Made by a program: the position numbers and the translations under genes. Shown here one piece after another: positions 37,777 to 46,553 of a stretch of DNA of 64,000 nt. Each line of letters opens with the position of its first letter. Position 1 is the first letter of the stretch. Source of the DNA: an uncultured virus (IMG/VR IMGVR_UViG_3300046009_005595). Lineage: Duplodnaviria > Heunggongvirae > Uroviricota > Caudoviricetes. Where the stretch lies: positions 62,001 through 126,000 of the IMG/VR virus record IMGVR_UViG_3300046009_005595. The stretch is one strand, 5' to 3'. The notes under the pieces are model-generated. The model worked only from the letters and a program-made list of their open reading frames with translations. It ran no database searches and was not told where the DNA came from.

Positions 37777-38133
37777 ATGGAAGATTATTGGGGATATCAT
37801 CTTATTTTAGATGTTAAGGGTTGCGACTTATCTAAGAGCAAAGACCCTGTTTATATTTCTGATTTTACTAAGGAATTAGTAAAAAATATTGACATGGTTC
37901 CTTTTGGAGATCCTCAAGTTCTCCATTTCGGAGAAGGAGACTTAACTGGATGGACTGTTTTACAGTTTATTCAAACATCAAATATTATGGGACATTTTAT
38001 GGACCATAACGGAGATTTGTATTTTGATGTATTTTCTTGTAAATCATTTGATGAAACTATAGTAATTGATATGTTAAGAGAGTGGTTTACTCCTGAAAAT
38101 ATAAAATATGAAATGAAATATAGAAAAGCTTAA
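37777..38133 (+). CDS. speD: S-adenosylmethionine decarboxylase proenzyme-like protein
   Basis: WGYHLILDVKGC, QFIQTSNIMGHF (self-cleavage Ser), YFDVFSCKSF; TATAAATA at 37734-37741. Confidence 0.8.
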   Translation: MEDYWGYHLILDVKGCDLSKSKDPVYISDFTKELVKNIDMVPFGDPQVLHFGEGDLTGWTVLQFIQTSNIMGHFMDHNGDLYFDVFSCKSFDETIVIDMLREWFTPENIKYEMKYRKA

Positions 38134-38144
38134 TTGGAGGAAAT

Positions 38145-38555
38145 ATGGAAAATGAAATTGAAAGTGCAAATGTAATTTTGGAAAAATTTAATCTTGGTGA
38201 AGGTGATGTTCTTGTTGTAAAAGTAGATATTACTGGATGTACTGAAGAACAAGCATTGAAAAGGTTGGCTGAAGCTAGAGACAATGAAACTCTAAATAGT
38301 ATTTCAGAAGCAGGAGGGAAAATTTTATTTACTTATACAGGGATTGATTTTTCTCTTCTAAAGATGTCTGAAGAAGATAAACTTTTGATCTATGCTGATA
38401 CTTCTCCATTTAGTTCTGAAGAAGATAAAGATCTTTATATAAATTCATTGAAAGAAAAAGTAGGAGGTCAAATTTCTAATGAAGTGGTTGTAATTCCTGT
38501 TGATTCAACTTCTTTAAGAGCAGCTATTCAAACCCCTGAAGATTCTGGGGTATGA
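38145..38555 (+). CDS. Hypothetical protein (acidic)
   Basis: 136-aa ORF with GGAGG RBS. Confidence 0.6.
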   Translation: MENEIESANVILEKFNLGEGDVLVVKVDITGCTEEQALKRLAEARDNETLNSISEAGGKILFTYTGIDFSLLKMSEEDKLLIYADTSPFSSEEDKDLYINSLKEKVGGQISNEVVVIPVDSTSLRAAIQTPEDSGV

Positions 38556-38556
38556 T

Positions 38557-38871
38557 ATGTCTATTAGTTCTTTGAGATTAATTACTAATGAAGATATTGT
38601 AGGAGATATTACATTTGATGACTCTACTAATGAGTATGTTGTAGAAGAACCTGCTCAGTTGTTAATTATTCCAACAAAAAACTCAAATCAACCTTCTTTT
38701 GGATTTGTTCCTTATCCTATTCATGCTGATCGTGGAGCAAATTATAGCTTGAGATTTCACAAAGATCATGTTATAATTAAACCTATTGAGATTGGAAATG
38801 AATTTGTAAACCAATACAGAAGTATGTTTGGCAGTGGCCTCATAACACCAAAATCAAATATTGTAGTTTAA
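38557..38871 (+). CDS. Conserved T4-like hypothetical protein (possible Sm-like fold)
   Basis: LRLITNEDIVG...GFVPYP...QYRSMFGSGLITP; typical small gene ahead of gp43. Confidence 0.6.
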   Translation: MSISSLRLITNEDIVGDITFDDSTNEYVVEEPAQLLIIPTKNSNQPSFGFVPYPIHADRGANYSLRFHKDHVIIKPIEIGNEFVNQYRSMFGSGLITPKSNIVV

Positions 38872-38877
38872 TCCAAC

Positions 38878-38904
38878 AACCCCTCTGTAACAAGAGGGGT
38901 TTTT
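38878..38904 (+). terminator. Rho-independent terminator, or translational operator hairpin, upstream of gp43
   Basis: AACCCCTCT-GTAACA-AGAGGGGTT followed by TTT. Confidence 0.75.
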
Positions 38905-38921
38905 ATTTTATAAGTAATATA

Positions 38922-41513
38922 ATGTCTAATTTTTACACAAATGTCCAAATTTTAGGGGATGATATCCTATATTTAGGATATAGAAATGGTAGACGAGTAA
39001 AAACAAAAGTCCCTTATTCTCCTTCTCTATTCATACCAACTAATTCCGAATCTAAATATAAAACTCTAACTGGAGAATATCTTCAGAAGATAAAGAAGGG
39101 TTCTATTAGAAAAACTAAGGAATTCATCAAAAAACATGAAGCTATAGAAAACTTTAAAATCTATGGTAATGATAGATTTCAATATTGTTTTATTTCAGAT
39201 GTTTTTAAAGATCCTATTGATTGGGATATTAGACAGATAAAAATAGCTATATTCGATATCGAAGTTAATTCAGATCCAGATGATGGCGGATTTTCTTATC
39301 CAGAAAATCCTTTTCAGCCTATTATATCTATTTCTATAAAATTTCTTGGACAACCTAATACCTATGTATGGGGATATAATGAATTTAATGCTCCTGACGA
39401 TGTAAAATATTTTAGATGTAAAGATGAATATACTTTATGTAAAACTTTCTTAGAATTTTGGGAAAGTGAGAGTATTGATGCTATGACAGGATGGAATATT
39501 GATGGATATGATATTCCGTATGTTGTGAATAGGTTTAGAAAGATTCTTGGAGAAAAGGAAACTAAAAGATTATCTCCGTGGGGAATTATTAGAGATAAAA
39601 CCAACAAGATTGTTGTTGGTGGTAAGTTTATGCGTGAAGAGATTTCATATAATATCATTGGAATTTCTACATTAGACTATGTTACCTTATATAAAAAGTA
39701 TCAACCTGGTGGAACTTCTCAAGAAAATCATAAACTTAATACCATAGTTAATGTTGAAATTGGGGAAAGTAAAGTTGATTATGAAGGTTCTCTTCATAAT
39801 TTATATATCAATGATTTTCAAAAGTTTATTGAATATAACATACAAGATGTTAAGCTAATCGAATCTCTTGATAATAAGTGTAAGTTGTTGAGTTTGGCTT
39901 TAATCCTAGCATATGACTCAAAAACTAACTATGAAGATATCTTTACACAAACTAGAATGTGGGATTCTATCATATATGATTTTCTAAAGAAAAAAAACAT
40001 ACAAGTTCCTATGATTAAGATTGGTGAAGATGTTGGATATGAAGGAGCTTTTGTAAAAGAACCTATTGCTGGTTTGCATAAATGGGTTGTTACTTTAGAC
40101 GCAACATCACTATATCCTAGTATTATTATGGGTAAAAATATTAGTCCAGAGACAATAGTAAATCCAGAAAACTACACTGAAGAAATGAGAAATATTATTT
40201 CATCAGGAATAAATGTTAATTCTCTATTATCTAAGAAAGTAAATCTTGATAAACTTAAAGAGATGAATGTTACTATAACACCAAATGGTCAGTTCTTTAG
40301 AACCGATATAAAAGGATTCTTAACAGAGATTGTTGAAGATGTTTTTGCTGTTCGTCAGACTTATAAATCTCAGAAAATTAAAGCTGAAAAGGAATATGAA
40401 TTGATTTGTTCTGAATTGAAAGAAAATTCCAATCCAGATCTTTTAAAGAAACAAAAGGATTTGGAATATGAGATATCTAAATATGATACATTACAACAAG
40501 CAAAGAAACTTTCTTTGAATTCTTTGTATGGGTGTATGGGAACTAAATTTTTTAGATTTTTTGATGTTAGATTAGCTGAAGCCATTACTCTAGAAGGTCA
40601 GTTATCTATTAGGGTTGTTCAAGACAATGTTAACAAATACCTAAATACTACTTTGGGAACTAAGGATAAAGATTTTGTTCTTGGAATTGACACAGACTCA
40701 ATCCTTTTAACTCTTGAAGAATTAGTTAATAAAACTGTTAAAAAGGAAATAACAGATCCTAGAAAAATCACAGAATTTTTGAATAAGGTTGCAGTTGAGA
40801 AGATTCAGCCTTATGTATATTCAATTACTGATGATCTTTCGACTTATGTTAACTCTTATTCTAATAAAATCTTCTTTAAATTGGAAAAGATTTGTTCTTC
40901 TGGAATATGGACAGGAGCTAAAAAGAGATATGCTCTTTTGGTATATTCTAATGAAGGAGTTATATATTCTGAACCAAAGCTTAAAGTAACAGGATTAGAA
41001 GTTGTTAAGTCAACAACACCAAAAGAGATTAAAAAATCTTTGAAGAATTGCCTACAAATATTCTTATCTGGGGATGAAGATCAGTTGATTGATTATGTAG
41101 AGAATTTCAAAAAGGAATATCGCAATCTTACTATAGATCAAATATCATTTCCTCAAGGAGTTAATGGTATTAACAAATATAAAAATTCTTCAACTATATA
41201 TTCCAAAGGAACCCCAATTTATGTTAGAGCTAGTTTAATATATAATAAAATATTGATGGATATGAATCTTGATAAAAAGCTAACTTCTATTAAAGATGGT
41301 GATAAAATTAAGTATGTTTACTTAAAATTACCTAACCCAACACATGAAAATGTTATAGCTTATCCAGATAAATTTCCAAAAGAATTTGACTTAGAGCAAT
41401 ATATAGACTATAATCTAATGTACGAAAAAGGATTTTTAAAACCTATGATGCCCTTGGTTGAAGCCGCAAAATGGAAAATGGAAAGAAGTAATTCCATTGA
41501 TGATTTCTTTTAA
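38922..41513 (+). CDS. gp43: Family B DNA polymerase
   Basis: Exonuclease FDIEV, GWNIDGYDIPY, YNIQDV; polymerase LDATSLYPS, KLSLNSLYG, DTDS, KKRY; C-terminal clamp-binding SIDDFF. Confidence 0.98.
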   Translation: MSNFYTNVQILGDDILYLGYRNGRRVKTKVPYSPSLFIPTNSESKYKTLTGEYLQKIKKGSIRKTKEFIKKHEAIENFKIYGNDRFQYCFISDVFKDPIDWDIRQIKIAIFDIEVNSDPDDGGFSYPENPFQPIISISIKFLGQPNTYVWGYNEFNAPDDVKYFRCKDEYTLCKTFLEFWESESIDAMTGWNIDGYDIPYVVNRFRKILGEKETKRLSPWGIIRDKTNKIVVGGKFMREEISYNIIGISTLDYVTLYKKYQPGGTSQENHKLNTIVNVEIGESKVDYEGSLHNLYINDFQKFIEYNIQDVKLIESLDNKCKLLSLALILAYDSKTNYEDIFTQTRMWDSIIYDFLKKKNIQVPMIKIGEDVGYEGAFVKEPIAGLHKWVVTLDATSLYPSIIMGKNISPETIVNPENYTEEMRNIISSGINVNSLLSKKVNLDKLKEMNVTITPNGQFFRTDIKGFLTEIVEDVFAVRQTYKSQKIKAEKEYELICSELKENSNPDLLKKQKDLEYEISKYDTLQQAKKLSLNSLYGCMGTKFFRFFDVRLAEAITLEGQLSIRVVQDNVNKYLNTTLGTKDKDFVLGIDTDSILLTLEELVNKTVKKEITDPRKITEFLNKVAVEKIQPYVYSITDDLSTYVNSYSNKIFFKLEKICSSGIWTGAKKRYALLVYSNEGVIYSEPKLKVTGLEVVKSTTPKEIKKSLKNCLQIFLSGDEDQLIDYVENFKKEYRNLTIDQISFPQGVNGINKYKNSSTIYSKGTPIYVRASLIYNKILMDMNLDKKLTSIKDGDKIKYVYLKLPNPTHENVIAYPDKFPKEFDLEQYIDYNLMYEKGFLKPMMPLVEAAKWKMERSNSIDDFF

Positions 41514-41521
41514 TATAATAT

Positions 41522-41926
41522 ATGAAAAATTTAAATAAAATAACAATCCCAAATTGGGCAATATTTTCAACATCTTTAGTATCAATTCATATATACGAGG
41601 TTGAAGATGAATATGAAAGAATTGTTTATCAAAGTGCCTTGGTCTTCTTATTAGAAGATGGTAGAAGAGATCAAAGTATAGAGGAAAGTAGGGCAATTGT
41701 AATAATGACAAATATTACTAATTATGAAGTAGATGATTGTGTTTTAGAAACTGTAAATTATGTTAATAATATGTTTAATAAAATATCAAAAATGGCACTA
41801 GTGTTTGATCTTGAAAATGCATTAATTGATAAGATAGATATTGGTGATCTTATGTTAAGTATGAAAGATTATGAAGAAGATATACTAGAAAGTATGAGAG
41901 AATCTAGAAATAAAACCATTCATTAA
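41522..41926 (+). CDS. Hypothetical protein
   Basis: 134-aa ORF between gp43 and uvsX. Confidence 0.55.
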   Translation: MKNLNKITIPNWAIFSTSLVSIHIYEVEDEYERIVYQSALVFLLEDGRRDQSIEESRAIVIMTNITNYEVDDCVLETVNYVNNMFNKISKMALVFDLENALIDKIDIGDLMLSMKDYEEDILESMRESRNKTIH

Positions 41927-41940
41927 AAAAGGAGAATAAT

Positions 41941-42846
41941 ATGAGTTTAATTGAAAAACTTAAAAAAACAAGCACAATTAAGGATTCGGCTATCCTTTCT
42001 AAATCGAAAGTCTTTAATAATAAAGAAATGGTATCCACATCAGTTCCTGTAATTAATCTTGCTTTATCAGCAAGACTTGATGGAGGATTTACTTCAGGTC
42101 TTACCATGTGGGCTGGAGTTTCAAAAATGTTTAAGACAGGATTTTCTTTATTGATGGCAAAAGCATATTTGGATAAATATCCAGAATCAGTTTTGCTTTT
42201 CTATGATTCTGAATTTGGATCTCCGCAATCATATTTCCAATCATTTGGAATTGATTTGGAAAGAGTTTTCCATACACCAATTACAGACATTGAACAGTTG
42301 AAGTTTGATCTAATGCAACAGATCAATAATATTGAACGAGGAGATAAGGTTATTGTTCTTATCGACTCTATTGGTAATCTTGCATCTAAGAAGGAAGTAG
42401 ACGATGCTCTTGAAGGAAAATCTGCTGCTGATATGACTAGAGCAAAGCAAGTTAAGAGTTTATTTAGAATGGTTACACCACACCTTACTCTAAAAGATAT
42501 TCCTATGGTTGTTATTAATCATACATACAAAACTATGGAGTTGTATGCAAAGGATGTTGTTGGTGGTGGATGTGTAGTTGAAGATACTATGATTCAAACA
42601 CCAGAAGGAGTTAAACCCGTACAGGATTTTGTAGTTGGTGATATTGTAAAAACCTTACAAGGTGATAAAGAAGTAACTTCTGTTTGGAATCCAGATACTT
42701 TAGATGAAGGTGAACCTGAATGTTTTGAAATTGAATTTGAAGATGGATTTAAAGTAGTTTGTTCAGATAAACATAAATTTTTAATTGGTGATGTTTGGGT
42801 TGAAGCTAAAGATCTGATTGTAGGTATGGAGTCAGTAGTATATTAA
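41941..42846 (+). CDS. uvsX: UvsX recombinase N-terminal part (210 aa) fused to split-intein N-fragment (91 aa)
   Basis: AGVSKMFKT Walker A, FYDSEFG, IDSIGNLASKKE, DMTRAK, INHTY...VVGGG, then intein CVVEDTMIQT and a stop. Confidence 0.95.
   Translation: MSLIEKLKKTSTIKDSAILSKSKVFNNKEMVSTSVPVINLALSARLDGGFTSGLTMWAGVSKMFKTGFSLLMAKAYLDKYPESVLLFYDSEFGSPQSYFQSFGIDLERVFHTPITDIEQLKFDLMQQINNIERGDKVIVLIDSIGNLASKKEVDDALEGKSAADMTRAKQVKSLFRMVTPHLTLKDIPMVVINHTYKTMELYAKDVVGGGCVVEDTMIQTPEGVKPVQDFVVGDIVKTLQGDKEVTSVWNPDTLDEGEPECFEIEFEDGFKVVCSDKHKFLIGDVWVEAKDLIVGMESVVY
42571..42843 (+). mobile_element. Split intein N-fragment (IntN)
   Basis: Block A CVVEDTMIQTPEG.KPVQDFVVGD; block B FEIEFEDGFKVVCSDKHKFL; WVEAKDL.VG. 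Confidence 0.92.
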
Positions 42847-42858
42847 GATTCAGAATTT

Positions 42859-42878
42859 TATAAATAGTTTATAGGAGG
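42859..42878 (+). promoter_or_regulatory. Late promoter TATAAATA (42859-42866) and GGAGG RBS (42874-42878) for the HNH gene
   Basis: Exact motifs in the 37-nt gap between uvsX-N and the HNH gene. Confidence 0.75.
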
Positions 42879-42883
42879 TAACT

Positions 42884-43582
42884 ATGAACTATTCTAAAAT
42901 TTATAACAATCTTATACAAGATGCAAAAGACAATCCAAAATCGGACTTATATAAAGAAACACATCATATTATACCAAAGTGTATGTTTGGGGATGATAGT
43001 CTTAATAATTTAGTAGAATTAACTGCTAGACAACATTATCTAGCTCATTGGTTATTATACAAAATTTATAAAACTAAAGAACTTGCTCATGCATGGCATT
43101 GTATGAGTGTAATTGGAATTGGTCAGAAAGAAAGATCTATAAATTCTCATCTTTTTGAATATTGTAAAAAAGAAAGAAATCGTATTTTATCAGAAGAATA
43201 TTCTGGTTCAGGTAACAATTTTTTTGGCAAGAATCATACAGAGGAAACGAAGATAAAACTTTCTAAAATTCATTCTGGAAAATGTTATAAAACACCAGAA
43301 CAGATTAAAGAATGGGTTAACTCTGTAGCGAAAAGAAAAAAGACTACTGAACATAAGTCTAAAATAGGTAGAAAAGGTCTTGTTATGCTTCAAAATATAT
43401 ATACAAAAGAGATAGTTAGAGTACCTTTTGATGATTCTAGATGTGATGACTATGCATGGGTTAATCCTAGAAAATTATCCCCAGAGATAAAATATAAATG
43501 TGAATATTGTGAAATTATTACTACACCATCTAATCTAACTAGGTGGCATAATGAAAATTGTAAAAGGAAACCAAAATTATGA
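42884..43582 (+). mobile_element. Free-standing HNH (Mob-like) homing endonuclease between the split-intein halves
   Basis: ETHHIIPKCMFGDDSLNNLVELTARQHYLAHWLL HNH core; NUMOD3-like FFGKNHTEETKIKLS; C-terminal CEYC...RWHNENC. Confidence 0.92.
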
Positions 43583-43683
43583 AAATTAAATCAATTAAAC
43601 CTGTAGGAAAACAAAAAGTGTTTGATTTGTCAGTTAAAGATGCTGAACACTATATTTTAAAGAATGGTGTAGTAACACATAAC
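43579..43683 (+). mobile_element. Split intein C-fragment (IntC)
   Basis: VFDLSV...HY...NGVVTHN ending His-Asn, followed by Thr+1. Confidence 0.93.
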
Positions 43684-44127
43684 ACTGGTTCTTATTATTC
43701 AGCAGATAATATCTACATTCTTGGAAGACAGCAAGAAAAAGATGGAACTGAAATTAGTGGATATAACTTTATTATTAACGTAGAAAAGTCTAGATATGTT
43801 AAGGAAAAGTCCAAGATTCCAGTTAATATTTCTTTTGAAAACGGTATTTCAAGATGGTCTGGTTTGATGGATATTGCTCTTGATTTGGGTTTCTGTACAA
43901 AACCTAAAGTTGGTTGGTATTCAAAAATTAATGTTGATAGTGGAGAAGTTGAAGATAAGTTATATAGATTAAAGGATACTATGAATAAAGATTTTTGGGA
44001 TTCTATTTTGAATTCTGTATCTTTTAAGAATGCAGTATATGAAAAATATGCAATATCTTCAGGTTCAATAATTAAAGATGATTCTGAAATTGTTCATATT
44101 GAATCATCAGATGAAGGAGATGAATAA
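43579..44127 (+). CDS. uvsX: Split-intein C-fragment (35 aa) fused to UvsX C-terminal part (147 aa)
   Basis: MKIKSIKPVGKQKVFDLSVKDAEHYILKNGVVTHN (blocks F/G), then TGSYYSADNIYILGRQQEKDG...NVEKSRYVKEKSKIP...GISRWSGL, the UvsX C-terminal half. Confidence 0.95.
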   Translation: MKIKSIKPVGKQKVFDLSVKDAEHYILKNGVVTHNTGSYYSADNIYILGRQQEKDGTEISGYNFIINVEKSRYVKEKSKIPVNISFENGISRWSGLMDIALDLGFCTKPKVGWYSKINVDSGEVEDKLYRLKDTMNKDFWDSILNSVSFKNAVYEKYAISSGSIIKDDSEIVHIESSDEGDE

Positions 44128-44453
44128 TGAATATATATGAAGAAGGAGTTGACTATTCTTTTGTTCCATATGATAATGAATATGCATCAATAAAGATACT
44201 TGATGGTGAATATGAAAACACAATTTATATGTATGGTAATGTTAATTTTGATGAAACGGATGGACAAGCATACCTAAGTTTTAATTACGAGATTCTTGAT
44301 AGTGATTTAGATAAAACTATCTTAGAAGATGATGAAGATTTCAAACAATATATTGGTGATATTTTATCCTCAATATTGATTAAGAAACTTGAACAGGAGA
44401 AAAAAATTCATGAATTTGGAACAGTTGATATTGAAGAGTCTAATAGTAAATGA
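44127..44453 (+). CDS. Acidic hypothetical protein at the T4 gp40 position
   Basis: Between uvsX and gp41; assignment by synteny only. Confidence 0.55.
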   Translation: MNIYEEGVDYSFVPYDNEYASIKILDGEYENTIYMYGNVNFDETDGQAYLSFNYEILDSDLDKTILEDDEDFKQYIGDILSSILIKKLEQEKKIHEFGTVDIEESNSK

Positions 44454-45810
44454 GGAGTATTCTAGAAAAGTTTTACCTTTTATAAAATCAGAGTATTTCT
44501 CTTCAAGAGAAACTATTTTACTATTCAATGAAGTTCAAGAGTTCATTTCTAAATATAATTCAAATCCTACATATGAAGCTTTAATTATAAATGTAAATGA
44601 TAAGAAGATTACTGATGAAGAATATAAAGCATCTATACAACTTTTAGATGATATTAAAGATCTTGAAATAGATAATAGTAATCTAGATTGGTTGATTGAT
44701 AAAACTGAAAATTTTTGTAAGGAAAAAGCAGTATATAATGCGGTTGCTGAATCTATTCAGATCCTTGATAATAAGAAGAAAGATGTTGATAAAGGAGCAA
44801 TTCCTAAATTATTGTCTGATGCGTTAGCTGTTTCTTTTGATCAAAGTGTTGGTCATGATTATATAGATGATTATAATAGCAGATATGATTTTTATCATAA
44901 GAAAGAAGAGAAGATTCCCTTTGATTTAGATTTTTTCAATAAAATAACAAAGGGAGGTCTGCCTAAGAAGAGTATTACTATTATTCTAGCTGGTCCTGGT
45001 AGTGGTAAATCTCTTTTCATGTGTCATTCAGCATCAAATTGTTTAATGCAGGGTAAAAATGTTTTATACATTACTTTGGAAATGGCAGAGGAAAGAATAG
45101 CAGAAAGAATCGATGCTAATATTCTAAATGTAAGATTGGATGATATAGTAACACTAACGAAAGAACAATACGAAAAGAAATTTAGACAGTTGAGAGATAA
45201 AACTATTGGTAATTTAATTATCAAGGAATATCCTACTGCTTCTGCAAGTGTTGTTCATTTCAGAACATTATTGAATGAACTTAATTTGAAAAAGAATTTC
45301 AAGCCAGATATCATATATGTTGATTATATGAATATTTGTACATCATCAAGAGTTAAAACAGGATCTAATGTAAATTCTTATTCATATGTAAAAAGTATAG
45401 CTGAAGAAATTCGTGGATTGGCAGTTGAGTTTAATGTTCCAATTATGACTGCTACTCAGATGACTAGATCTGGTGCTACTAATTCAGATCCTTCTATGGA
45501 AGATGTTTCTGAAAGTTTTGGTACTGTTGCTACTGCTGATATGATTTTTGCTCTAATAAATACTGAGGAATTTGAGCAGATCAATCAGATAATGGTTAAG
45601 CAGATTAAAAATAGATATTCCGATCCAACCACTAATAAAAGGTTTATGATAGGGATAGATAGAGCTAAGATGAAATTATATAATGTTGAGAATAGTGCTC
45701 AATCTAATATATCAGATAGTGGACAATCTTCTACTCCAGATTCTGAAAATTTTGCATGGAATCCTAAAGATAAATTTGAAAAGAAATCCTTTAGTGGATT
45801 TAAAATATAG
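44410..45810 (+). CDS. gp41: Replicative DnaB-like helicase
   Basis: AGPGSGKS, YITLEMAEERIAERIDAN, IKEYPT, VDYMNI, TATQMTR, SESFG, KQIKNRY; ATG at 44410 after AGGAG. Confidence 0.97.
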   Translation: MNLEQLILKSLIVNEEYSRKVLPFIKSEYFSSRETILLFNEVQEFISKYNSNPTYEALIINVNDKKITDEEYKASIQLLDDIKDLEIDNSNLDWLIDKTENFCKEKAVYNAVAESIQILDNKKKDVDKGAIPKLLSDALAVSFDQSVGHDYIDDYNSRYDFYHKKEEKIPFDLDFFNKITKGGLPKKSITIILAGPGSGKSLFMCHSASNCLMQGKNVLYITLEMAEERIAERIDANILNVRLDDIVTLTKEQYEKKFRQLRDKTIGNLIIKEYPTASASVVHFRTLLNELNLKKNFKPDIIYVDYMNICTSSRVKTGSNVNSYSYVKSIAEEIRGLAVEFNVPIMTATQMTRSGATNSDPSMEDVSESFGTVATADMIFALINTEEFEQINQIMVKQIKNRYSDPTTNKRFMIGIDRAKMKLYNVENSAQSNISDSGQSSTPDSENFAWNPKDKFEKKSFSGFKI

Positions 45811-45818
45811 AGGTTATT

Positions 45819-46553
45819 ATGAATAGTTTAGTGACAATAATCACACCAACCACCGGAACGAAATATCTAAAAGATAATATAAAGTCAGTTCAAAATCAAA
45901 CTTACAAAAATATCCAACATTTAGTAGTTATTGATGGTAGAGATCATCTAGATAAAGTTTCTGATATTGTAAAATCCATTACTCCGTTAAATAATATTGA
46001 TATCATTCCTCTACCATATGCAACAGGAACTGATAGATATAATGGGCATAGAATATATGGTGCTTCTATCTATCTTTGTAAAGGAGATTATATTTGTTTT
46101 CTTGATGAAGACAATTGGATTGATGAAGATCATGTTGAATCATTGGTAAATTCCATTGGAAATAATAAATGGGCTTTTGCTATGAGAAAGATAGTAGATT
46201 CTGATGGTACTTTTGTTTGTAATGATGATTGCGAATCTCTTGGAAATTATCCTTCAGTTCTAAATGAATCTGATTATTTTGTTGATGTTAATTGTTTTTT
46301 CTTTTCAAAAGAAGTAGCTCTTAATAGTTCTATGATTTGGTATAGAAAAGCTAGAGAGCCAAATGTTCCAGAAGTTGACAGGATGTTGACATATCTTTTG
46401 AGAGACAATAATCTCCAAGCTAATTCTTCTAAAAAATATACTGTAAATTATAGAGCGGGTAATACCGACATTTCAGTTAAAAAAGAATTTTTTATGCAAG
46501 GTAATCAGATAATGTTGCAAAGATATAATGGAAATCTTCCTTGGAGTAATTAA
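45819..46553 (+). CDS. Glycosyltransferase family 2
   Basis: LVTIITPT, SVQNQTYKNIQHLVVIDG, GDYICFLDEDN. Confidence 0.85.
   Translation: MNSLVTIITPTTGTKYLKDNIKSVQNQTYKNIQHLVVIDGRDHLDKVSDIVKSITPLNNIDIIPLPYATGTDRYNGHRIYGASIYLCKGDYICFLDEDNWIDEDHVESLVNSIGNNKWAFAMRKIVDSDGTFVCNDDCESLGNYPSVLNESDYFVDVNCFFFSKEVALNSSMIWYRKAREPNVPEVDRMLTYLLRDNNLQANSSKKYTVNYRAGNTDISVKKEFFMQGNQIMLQRYNGNLPWSN

Noticed and set aside
42847..43578. Group I intron interrupting uvsX
   Set aside because: Only 37 non-coding nt lie upstream of the HNH gene and its stop overlaps the next start, leaving no room for a ribozyme core. The intein motifs explain both junctions.
41941..44127. uvsX as a pseudogene, or a frameshifted contiguous intein
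   Set aside because: Each piece has a proper start and stop, the HNH gene has its own RBS and promoter, the split is at the usual endonuclease position, and all splicing residues are intact.
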